From: Amphiscolops sp. MND2022
Taxonomy: Eukaryota
Assembly (NCBI GenBank): GCA_964187785.1
Contig: OZ076413.1
Coordinates: forward strand, 50,594,001 to 50,658,000
Reading direction: 5' to 3'
DNA length: 64,000 nucleotides
Shown here: piece by piece, positions 39,701 to 51,700 of the stretch
Numbering within the stretch: the first letter of the stretch is position 1
How the letters are laid out: each line of letters begins with the position of its first letter
The notes under the pieces: generated by a model
Told to the model about the DNA's origin: nothing
The model's database searches: none
Seen by the model: the letters and a program-made list of their open reading frames with translations, nothing else
Made by a program: the position numbers and the translations under genes

Positions 39701-42700
39701 AACAACCTCGGATGTAACACGTGACGCTGACGCCAGAAAATTAGTCAATGAATTCGAGCGGGCTGCCAGTCACAAACTATTGAGGAAGGCTGTTATCCAG
39801 TGCATTCGAGTTTTCGCGATTAAAATCAAGTTTCGAATTCATTGGCAGTTTCATTAGTTTTGTAAACCAAAATACCAAGCAAATTACTGTAGGATATTAT
39901 GGGATATTATGGAGGCCCACAATATCAAACCGCTCAGAATACCACCAAAGTATTCTCGTCCCATCTCGTACCTTTACACTATGTCGCTGGCCGAAACACA
40001 ATTGCTAACAGGACGAGTCCGTCAATTACTCTCTGCGTAATTCAAATGCTTACCAGGCAAACGGTGATTTCGAGATGCTGATTGGCTTTGGACAGATGAT
40101 GCGCTCCGAAAAATTAAACCATTGCTAGATAATAATGTTCCGGTTCAGCGAAAAACAACTCGTGCCCCTGTGTGTATCCCGCGAACTCAAACAACAACCG
40201 TGAAATTGACCTGTTGCTGCCCGATGATGGACAAGAGTATTTTTACCTTCTGATACTTGATCTGCTATGGCTTGTAACTTTTGTCGAGGGAACATTATAT
40301 CAGCGAGTTCTTTGCAGAAACTGCTTCCATGTATACATGAATGAAAACACACACAAACGGCATCGAGTTAGGTGTTTGCAATGAGAGCCGGTCGTAATCA
40401 AAATGCCGTTCGAAAACGGGCAAGCTTGTTGGTTTGCACCAACAGTAGTTATCTACTTTGACTTGGAGTCGATCATTCAACCCGTCGCTCGATCTCAATG
40501 AGTCAACCAGCGTCACTAAAATTCATCGAAGGAGCGAAGCAACTGGTAATATCGTGATTGCCTACCAAAAGGACCACAGGAAGCATAAGTTTTTTGGATC
40601 TGTCAATGTCACTTTGAATTAAACAGACTTGGAGCTTGGAGGAGGATAAAGTAGTTGACCATTGTCATTACTCGCGAAAGTTTTTGGGTTTTGCTCATCC
40701 AATATCTCAAAAGGAAGACTGTGAATTTCATTTCAGTCATGGCTCACAATTTGTCAATCTATTACTTCCATCACGTTTGCCTATATATACACAAGTTTGA
40801 ACCTGGTTGCAAACATGGAGTGATTCCGCCGACTGACTAAAAATACATCACCTTAACAGTCGGAGTACCTGTCAGAACATACCAAGACAAAATGGAATAA
40901 TCGAATACTTGCGTTTCATATCGGTTCTTATCATTTCATGGCCTTTTCGCTCGAAAAACTTGCTAGTTGTTCGCCCCAAAAAAGTTTAAAATTTTTTATC
41001 GATGCTTCTCTGACTATGCCGCAGCAGAAGTCTCATACAGCAAAAGGGTTTTTATCTCTGTTCTAAATTTGACAAATTGCTCGAGACGAAGCTGCCAACA
41101 AGAGACCAACGGAAGGACTCGCTGCACAACAGGGCAATAATGTTGACACAGGAGGAGTGGGAGCATGCTGAAAAAGGTTTCCAAACTTTTGCATGCCTAA
41201 AATGGTGAATACCATAACCTTTATCTCGGAACGGACACACTGATTCTAGCATGCGTGTTTGAAGTGTTCAGAAGCCTCTGTTATGAGACATATGGATTGG
41301 GCAGTGCCCACTATGTTACTTGATCCCATTTGTTGCGCCGATATTGAGCTGCTTACAGACCGCCAGCAGTTAGAGATGGTGGAGAAAATGATTAGAGGCG
41401 CTGTTGCCTCGGTATTTGACGAAAAGTTCAAGGCCAACAACTGATACAACTGATACGTCGCAGAACACAACTACGACACCTGTGGCGTACTCCTCGATGC
41501 AAACAACTTGTATGGAGGCATCATGAAAAGTTTCCGCTGCCAATAAACAGCTTTGAAACAATGCAGGAATATAACCTCCTGCGAGCTTTGGCAACTGGAA
41601 GCGACTCAAAATATGGCTTCCTTTTAGAAGATTGACTGCATAATGGTCATCAAGACTTTCCATTGGCTCCAACCAAGGACCATTTTTTTACGAAAGCCTA
41701 AGTGAGAACAGCAAAAAAATGCTCGACCTGATGGGTGAAACCAGATTGTACAGTCAGGGTAAAAAGGTGATTCAAACACTTGCGGACAAGCACCACTACA
41801 CAGTCCATTTCCTAACCCTCGAACTCGATATCAGCCTCGGTATGAAAAAAAAAGTTCACCGCGTCCTAATCTTCCGACAATTACGATGGCTTGAACCGTA
41901 TATGAAATTGAACACGCAAAAACGAACAAGTTTAAGGAGAGTATATGAGGAGCTCTTGCTATGGGAAAACGCTAGAGAGCAAACGAAAGCATCTCACTGC
42001 GCAGCTTGTGACGAGCAGTGATGAACTGTTGAGGAGAACACAAAACCCATTTTTGCGATTTTACAATTTTCAACGGGAATCTTACCGCAATATCATCGTG
42101 GAGACGATCCATTCTCTTAAATAAACCAACGATAGTCGGCGCTACAGTTTTAGATTTGGCCAAGCTTCACATGTTTGAATTTCATTACTATTGACCCGCG
42201 CCAACATTTTGACCTCTCTAATTACCCAAGTGATCATTTCCTGTACAATGTTAAAAACTAGGTGGTCAACCTGAAGTTCAAAGATTAACTCGCAGGAGAT
42301 CCAATTAAAGAATTCGTCGGTTTAGTTCTAAAATTGTATTCCATCTTGGTCAGGGTCGACAGAAGCTATGTGCCAAATGCGTCTCCAGGTTTCCGAAAAG
42401 ACCTCAATCATGACCTTTACAAAAGTTTTGCATTCGGGAGAGTCCTTCGAAACAACATGAGAATAGGGTCGACAAAGCATCAACTGCAAACTATAAACAT
42501 CAATAATTTTTTACTGAGCTCGTTTGACGACAAGCGATTCATACCAGACGATGGGCATTGCATCATTAGAGATGTCCATGTCACCCAAGACATCATCGAC
42601 GAGCCAGATTGGGAGAACGACAAGGACGAAGAGATGCCAACGAGTCCTACATGGGATCAGTTGAATGGTAACGATCCCGTCAACACAGTGACAAATCTTT

Positions 42701-45700
42701 CCAGAAGGACTGCAAAACGCAGAATTTGTGGGGGAGCCTCGAGAAAATTTTCACTTTTAGCGATGATAAGCCAATAACTTCAACCTAACAGATAATAGAG
42801 GCTTGGTCACCCCCTGACCCTAATCGCTGGCCCATAGACGTGAAATGGAAAAAACTTGGTTTAAAAGCAAAATACTCGGCTTAAATGGCACCCCCGCTGG
42901 CCCCATAGCTCTAGAATGGAAATAAATTGCGTTGATAGCAAAACACTGTGCTTTAATGATGATCCCGCCGGCCCCTCCGGAACCCACAGCTGTAAAATGA
43001 ATTGAACGTGACCTTAAAAAGCAAAGTGTTCGGCTTTAATTCCGCCCCCGCAGGCCTTACTGCGGCCCCGTCGCGTTAAATGGCAAACTTCGTTGGAGAA
43101 GCAAAATACTGGTCCAAATTTCCGTCCCCGGTGGCCCCATACTCGGAGAAAATGGAAATAGATTGCCCTAAATAAAATACTTTGCTCTTATGCCGCCCTG
43201 CAGACCTAATTGCGGCCCCATAGCCGAAGATTCGAAACAATGCCTTGACTAGCAAAATATTTGGCTTATATGCTGCCCCGCAGGCTTGATTGTGGCCCCT
43301 TAGCCGTGAAAAGGACATGAATACCATAAACAGCCAAATTCTTGGCTTATATGCCGCCCAGCAGGTCTAATCGCATCACCAGAGCCGTACTGCTTAGTGT
43401 GGATGGACAGAAAACAATCACAATCGAAACTCAATTAGCTAAGAGGAACCTAACAAGGAACAAATCTCAAACACGTTGGAAGTGTTTGGTCATTGTCTGC
43501 GGCGTTTTAAGCCAGTCCTTCCAGTATATTACAATATCCGCGATACAACATGTTTGGAAGAGAAACAAAGTAACAAGCTAGCTTAGGTTGGACGAATCCT
43601 CTCATGTGCCTCAGTCTTGATTGATATAAAAAGTTCTGAGGTTTGAAAATGAATTCGATTGATCAGAGTATCGAATTCAATGAAATTTCAATTTTTTTCA
43701 AAGCGTCAAGCAGCATCGACGAGTGCACCTGAAGGTTTCTTGGCGCTTTCAGTTTGCAAGACTGCTGTAAAACCTGCCAGTTCGAGCACCTTGGTTATTA
43801 TTGGATGGGCTATAATGTTGACGGCCCAGGGCTCCAAAGTGACAGTTGATGATCCAAACTGTCCTGTGACGGTGCGTGATACTGTTTTATTCGAAGCTAA
43901 GTCCAATTGAAAAACAGCCGAGCGTTTCTTCTTGTTCCTTCAATGGCTTCTTCATCAGTCGCAGCACTTTTTTCACCCAGGCCCGTTATCCCATTTTTAT
44001 TGCACACGGCAACAAAAGCCTTCCGTTGGTATTCACCTCTTCCAATTTTTGTGACCTTCAAAATTTCTTCCAGCTCTGGGTAAAGCAACTCTATAATCTC
44101 GGGTTCTTTCATGTCGAGTTTTAGTCTGAGAAAATCCAAAAAGCTCTTAACCTCCCCTCTTTTAATATACGCCCGGCCAAGGTTTTGGGCTTCCAAGTCG
44201 AAGTTGAATTGATGAAACAGAAAAAGATATCATAGTCAACAACAAAATATCAATGCAGCAGAAGGGTTTCTCGTTTCTCAACAGAAATGGTCTCAAAAAT
44301 CAAAGTAATCGAATCGAATCTGAAAAAGAATGTTGAGAACGACAGCCAAAGCTAGAGGTGAATTGATTAAACAAATATCAATGACAATGGAAACTTTCAA
44401 ATCAATTGACGAAATTACCCAATTCAAGAAGTGGAGAGTTCTGGGAAAACGTTTGGATGAAAAAAGCGTCGTTAGGTCTTAGGTCTTGTGTGTCCATGGT
44501 ACTATTTTTTTTGTTGAAAGTTTGAACTATGGAAATTAAAGCTAGGAAAACTCAGCTAAAAGGCGGCCTTTTAGGCGTTAAAACGAAAAACGCGGAATCT
44601 TTAAAACGCAAACTGTTATACTTAATGAACATTATTTTGTTAGCAGTCTCGTCGAGAATAATCGTCCTATTTGCTAAAAATGGACTCGAAAACAGTCTCT
44701 CAATCTCGACAGATGTCGTCGGCGCGAAAGACCATATGCCGATATCAGAGGGTGAATTCACTCCCTCTCCACGGGTTTAACCTGTTGCAATATTGATATT
44801 TTGGTTCTCCTCGTAGGTGTCGTGTCGTTCATTTTCTCAAGAACCTTTTTTTGCGATTTCGTTTCCAGTCTGCGACAATTCAACCAATTTTTCGTGAACA
44901 GTTTCCACGTTCTCACTCGCTTTGACTACAGACTTCTTGATGAACTGGCATAAGAATTTTTTCTTGATACCAACTTTTTTCATAATTTCGACATCCTTCA
45001 TTTCGTCACATGCTTTATAAGCTGCATTTGACTCATGTTTAGGAATTTGTTCGAAAAATGTACGTAAGTCCTCCCAATGCTCTGATATGTTCGCTACTGG
45101 TGTTAGGATGCGTTATCCCACCAAAATTGGTCTACTCAGAAATTCGTCTAACGCACTTTTCAAAGATTTTCTTGTGTTGGGCGACATGATTTGATCTCTT
45201 TATTTCAAACAGCAAATTTTGCAAAATACGCCATAATAACCCAGGTATTGTTGCGAATCTCGAAACAGGAATTCTCGATGATGGAAGATCATAGAGGCGA
45301 TAACAAACTCACATGAGAAGCCATATGCTGTAACGAAGACAATGTAAATAAATCAGCTGACCGACATTTCTGAGAAATATAAAATAAAAACAGTTTTATA
45401 AGTAGCTCCTATTCACGCTGAAAACTATTAACTAACGACTGAAAGAAATAACTTTTCGGGAAGATTGTTTAGTCTCTTAGAATGCTCTAATTAGTCACCT
45501 CAAAATATTTGGAACAAAATACAAAATTTTGGCTCTTTTCTGCCCTCCCCCCCCCCCCCCACCACCAAATTTTTTTTGGAAAATTAGTGAAAATATTATA
45601 ACAAATAGATTTGAATACAAACCAGAAAGCTTCAGTTTTAAACTTATTCTCAAAGTGATAGTTAAGGATTCAGATATAAACTTTGTTCACACTTTTTCCT

Positions 45701-48700
45701 TAAGTAGTCACGCATTTTTGATGAAGAAATCAACAGCTTCCTGTTTTAAGTCATCAATAGACATTTAATACGAACATAATTATAGTCAAAATGCGTGAAC
45801 AATGTTTTGTTCAAGCGGAAAACTTCTCTAATAGAAGTTAACTTCCTGTTATGAAAGAAGGTTTTACTTTTAATTAGGATAGTCTAAAGTTTTTAAGGAC
45901 AGTTATTTTCAAAAATTTTGGTGGTGGGGGGGATGACAGAAAAGAACCAAAATTTTTACAAATTGAAGTTGATGTAGACTGAAAATTGCAAAGCTGTCTC
46001 AGTTTTATTTGCTCTTTGCTGTAAACTTTGTAACTTTGTAAGTTAAATCTGACTTCCAGACCACTAACTTCCAAATTGTTTTTAGTCGGCGCTTTTCTTA
46101 AGAAAAGAGCCCGACTATTACAGTCACTCGTTTTTTTTATTTAAGACAGACTCGAAGCGACGAACGTTAAAATTAACGTTCAACTACTAAATACAGTACT
46201 AAACTACTGGACCGCTAAAGGCAAACGGGGAGCGCATTCATTTACTTTTTAAACGTTACCTACAAGCCCGGACGGGACTAAAGGGTAGCCCCTTTCGATT
46301 TTTTTCGGCACTGTGCGACTTTTTTTGAAATTTTTTTAATGTCCCCAAAGGGTCCCCCCTTTGAGTTTTTTGTTATTTTGCTACAGAATGCGTGTTTATA
46401 AATCAAAAAGGGTCCCCCCTTTTACATTTTTCAGCACTGTGCGACATTTTCCGAAAGAAAATTTTTTTCGAAAATTTCAAGTTTTTTTCCCAAATAAAAA
46501 TGTTTTGCGCTTTTTGAGCCTTAGATATAGCGCCGACTTGAGACGTTCCCGTCTTGTTTCTTTCAACTGTTCAGTTCACTCCATCTGCGTGTGATGCTTC
46601 TTTAATAGTTCACATTTTGCGTGTCTTACGTACTTATGACGTTTGCATGACACCTAAAATTCAAAATTTGAAACGAACCAGAACCTGGTTTTATTCAAGA
46701 TTCAAAGGTGAGTCTTTGGGATGATATTAACCGCCTTTAACGCAAATATAAAAAGAAGTTGAATTTCAACATCAGAATAAAATCTGACAAATTTTCATTT
46801 GCATTTATGTTTCAATTTAATCTGAGCACCCAATTTGTTCAAAAATTGGTAAGAGAATAAAAAGAAACGAAGACTACTTCTTTCGTTTCACAGTAACGAG
46901 TGATTAAGAGAAAATTGAAGGAAAATTAAGAAAACGCAAAGAAAATTACCGCAAATATATTCAGACTAAAATCATCAATTTAAAGTGTACGTAGCTCAGT
47001 GGTTAGATACCCTGACTTTCAGCTTTGAGGCCCTGGTTCGAATCCAGGGCTGAGCAATTTTTCGTAAAATTTCGAACCCCCACCCCCACGGCTCCGACAT
47101 GGTAATAACATCGCACTACTTACGTCTAGCACATTAAACACAGTAGCCAAACGCAGTGACGTGCTATTACCTACCTGTCTAACAGCTGGTTTTGACGAAG
47201 GCTGATCTGGAGGGATGCGAAGCGCATTTAAAGGAGGAAGGCCGAGTCATGCAACAACCAATTTTTTTCAATCGGTCTTTATTTTTCAGATAAATTCCTG
47301 AAACCTTTTTTGGACTGTAAATCAAACAAGACGCCCGCTAAGCACCGGAATATTTTCCGCGACACGCCTATTGCAAAAAAAGTATGGCCAAGGCAAGGTT
47401 CGAACCCACGACTTACTGGCTGAGAAAGCAAAAAAACTAAGTACCAGCCCGAGTTCGAACCCAGGACCTACAACCTGACTGAGCCACCATAAATAAAGTA
47501 ACTAAGTTGTAACTATCGCTAGTAATTTAGTAAAATAGTCAAGTAACTAAAAATAGTCAGGTAACTAAGTGAAGTTCACTTCACTCCATGGAGTGGAGAT
47601 AAAGTGGAGTTTTGGCAGAATTTGGAAAAAACGCATCAAAGATCATGGTTTTCCTCCCCCATTTATGTGAGCGGAAAATTATAAATAGTCTCAGAAGTTA
47701 TTCTCAACTCGCTTTGGACGTACCTTGTAGGACGTTATTTCTTCCAATATATGTCACCTATTTTTCTAGTGACAAATTTTATTTTTAGATACTGACACTC
47801 TTTCGCTAAGTTCTTTTAGTCGGCGCCTTTTGTTACATGCAAGATCTCAGACTGAATCGTCCACTTTTTACAGACTTTACGCTCAAGTTCGAAAGGGTGC
47901 CCAAGGAGGCTAAAAGGTACTCTCTTTGAATTCTTAATAGCTTTTACCGTCTCCTCGAAACCGTTTAAGATTTTTGGCACTGTGTGTGCGACTTCCGAAG
48001 AAAACTTTATCAATTTGGTTTTTCTTTGATCTTTTCAGTTATAGAAAAGCCTTTCCTGAGCACGAAAAGCTTTATTTGAGTATTTTTGGTTTTTATATTT
48101 TTCACTCAAAAACGCCTTGAGCATATTTCAAAAGAGCCTGGAAGATGAAATTTAGATTTCTCTGAAGATATATAATATATTTCATGGCTAATCTGGAAGT
48201 AGAATATCGGATGTTTTTGGAAATCAAATTTAGCACAACAATATTTGAAATGTGCTACATTGATTGAATTTTCTCATCTCATGTCTCTTCAACGGAATTT
48301 GATGACTTTTTGGAATGGTACAGTTTAAATGTGCACAGGATATTAGTTCATAATTCTCTAATATTTTCACCGAACATGTGAGGTGAGTTAATAATTGTGT
48401 ATTGAGTAAATAAATTGGACCATTTTAGCCAACAGCCAAGCTGTCTGCTTGTACGAGGTCCCCTAAATCGCTGAAAGAATTGGGAGCCTCGGAAGAAGCC
48501 CTTTGGAATGACGACTCTGACAAAATAGCTGTTTCGGTGAGCAGACGGTAGTTCAATTTTGAATAAAATTTAAAAATTATAGAAAAGTTGATTTTGATGA
48601 TGTTGCTTTAGACGGCCAGTGGTTGTTGCATTCTCTTCTCTTTGAAACGAGTGTCTGAACCCGAAATGCAGGCGTACCCAACGTAAGAACTTATTGCTTG

Positions 48701-51700
48701 AATTTTATCACAATCCACAAGTACTTCTTTCAGCGTTCACCCGCTTCTATGGAGATAGCTGACTTGGCCTGATTGCGTTTATATTTTGCTTTTTTTCGTA
48801 AATTTTTCTTGGAATGATAATGCGACCATAATGTATCAAAAGTAATTTTTCGTATGGATTAAGTGAATAATTTACTCCTGAATTTTCGTTAACTGGGTCC
48901 ATATCGATTTCGACCTTATCAGAAAACTTATTGCATACGTTTGAGACAGACTTTAGTTTTGTTTGCAGCCCAAGTTCCTTGCAGCGTGATCTATTTCCCG
49001 AATTTGCTCTAGTCCAAGTGGCAATAGTTTCTGTTGGTGCTAAAATAGAAAGGTTGGTCCCGGTTACTTTTACTTCCATTGTGGTCATATTGCCGTTCTA
49101 AGTTTGAAAATTATTTTAGTTTCTGCTCAATTTCGGACAAATTTTGTGTCTGTAATTCGAATGGAATCCTGATGCAGTTCTACTGGGCAGATGGATTTGC
49201 TGTGAAGAATAATTCTCGCAAATTGAGTGGCATTCCTTTCGCATTTGACCTTAACCCCTCTAGAGGTTATTTTCAGCTTTTTTTGCATTTGATAAATGTT
49301 CTTAGTATAGTAAATGCACGTAAGTTCATTTCGCGTTCGCCACATTATGTGATCACTTTGAAGGTTTCGTTTCAGAATCGGGTGAGTTTGTAGAAACTTA
49401 GCTAAATGGAACTGAGCACTTTGAGTCGAGTATCTTTTGTTTGCCCTGCTGTTTTAGTTCAAATACTTTTTGTTTGAAATATTGCTGCTGATATAAATTT
49501 TTTGACCCTAAATGTATAATTATTCTAAGGATATTAGTTCTATACTACGGTTTACTTTGTATGCTGAAGTTCGTTTTTATTTTTGTAGTTGGTCATAATA
49601 TTTCTAAGTCAGCTTTTTAGCGACCAAAATATTGCTACTCTTTCGTTCATTCTCTCCTGTCAATAGGCGATCGTTCGCTGAGTGCTTCTAAAGAAGAAAA
49701 TGCGAATGTTCATTACCTTGTAGACGATAGTTGTCCTTTATTCAAGTAACTCAGCTGATAGTCTTTGATTTGACGCTATTTTCAGTGGTGCTTGTCTTGT
49801 TTACATTTGTGCAAAAATTAAATTTAGGATTGTTTCGAGAAATTCTCCAACTAAAAGATTCAAGTCTGCAAATTTTGGCAAAATGAGATTTTATCCCAAA
49901 ATGTTGAAATTATGAATACATCTTTGATTTTTTTTTCGGAAATTTTTTGCAGGTGCAGAAATATTGAGTCTCGAAGCGTCCGAGTTTCAAACATATAATC
50001 ATAGTGAAACTTCTTGGGTATTTAATCGCATGTAATGGATCACTTTTCTGCCCATGAACTTAGTTCTATCAATCGTAGAGCAGATGATTGTTCAGAAAAC
50101 ACGGTTATCTTGTTTTTTCTTCAGATTTCAACATACCCAACTACCTTTCGCTAAGCCCCGGGTTCTTCGAAGTTTTACTTGTTTTCATGGTGAATCCTTG
50201 AATTTTGATTTATTAATTGCATGAGACTCCTGATAATTGACGTACAATATTCAGTTAATGTTGACTCTACAGTGTTCTTGTCCAGTTCTCAAAACATCGT
50301 TCATGCTTCTAGCTTTGTATGTATGTTCGACATGTTTTGCCGCTTCGAGCATGTTCAGCGGGTCTGTTCCCTTGAAAGTCTTTTGGGTCATAAATATTTG
50401 TTCATTTATACTCTGTCTGTAACAATGACAAAAATATTTGAATTGTCTCGGAAACTTTGTTTCATGAATTTGGGTTCATTTCAGCCTCTAAGATTGTGGA
50501 AGGCACCAAACTGAGGTCAATGTGCAACGCAGTTAACAGTATGAGTGGCATCTTGGCTGTTCTCAGCGATGGAAAAGCAGCGATTCTTGTGTCAGAAGCC
50601 AATTCGTTCGATTTCAATGTAAGTACGGAAATGATGTTTTTTGTGATACGAAGCTACAGAAGTATCATTTTCATACAAGCCTCATGCTTTTTTCGATCAA
50701 AAGATTGTCCCGTTAGCAAAATTACAAAACGAAGAATTTATTTCATTTGTATAAAAATATGAATATTATGAAATTTCATGAGCATGGTAAACAAACTGAA
50801 ACTTTCCCTTCAAATGTACTCTGAATGATCTATCATGTGCCGAAATATATTATGAACAACGACTGATACATTCAGTCGTCATTGAAATTAGTCAATGCAT
50901 TTACGAAAAATGGTGACCAATTGGATGTAACGAAGAAGTTCTACAGTCGCGATTCAGGTAACTCAGTATCCATCAACAAATAGAAATAATACTCGACTTC
51001 AATTGTGGTGGTTCTCTAATTAGAGAATACATTAGCTTATGTGTCGTTATCAATCAACCAATGGTATACACTTTTGAATAAAAATCTTGAACATCGATTT
51101 CCGCAACGCTAGATATTATTTCAGTAGCAAAAGCTTGTACTGTTTTTATCTATATCTGATATTATGACTATCGGAAAGAAACACTTCACAGTACTGATGT
51201 ATGTAAATATTAACGTTATCAAACTCGATGTAAAAATCTTCGATACAAATACCTCGACTTCATGAGCAATGGCGAATATACGTGGAGACCAATTTACAGC
51301 CTCTGGCAAGAGAGTTGGTGTCATTGGTATTTTAAAAGTATCGGTTACAAGTGTAGCGATATTGATTGGGGAATAACTTCGAAATAAGGAAAGGATTAGG
51401 AAATAAGTCCTTATCAAATACTGCTTAGTAACCTGTATTAAATGTCACACGAGTTACAGATGTCTTTGAAGCAGATAAGTTCAGCCCTTAAGATCACCTC
51501 CATTCATGGAGCACAAAGTTTAACGGAACTATTGAATTAAACTTGTGGAATATAGTAATCTGTAAAGGCAAAACAATATGGAAAATGGAGTGAAGTCTAA
51601 GAGAAAACCATGAATTCATGAATTTGTCAACAGTTTGAGGAACAAGCCAATGTAATACCTTAAAACCACATATCAATTAAGTTTAAACAAAATCACATGC

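Larger units (their letters stand above)
37959..47120. mobile_element. Decayed, internally deleted Maverick/Polinton-type element in RIC1 intron
   Basis: Termini agtagtgcg... / ...cgcactact; ~130-bp imperfect TIRs (37959-~38088 vs ~46992-47120); 6-bp TSD tacatc (37953-37958) / tacgtc (47121-47126); internal pPolB pseudogene. Confidence 0.85.

Noticed and set aside
42810..43380. Possible CRISPR-like repeat-spacer array
   Set aside because: Units are degenerate along their whole length with no identical repeats plus unique spacers; there are no cas genes and the context is eukaryotic.
46986..47056. Functional tRNA-Glu gene
   Set aside because: The A/B boxes are good but the acceptor and anticodon stems do not pair, so it is treated as a tRNA-like part of a TIR.
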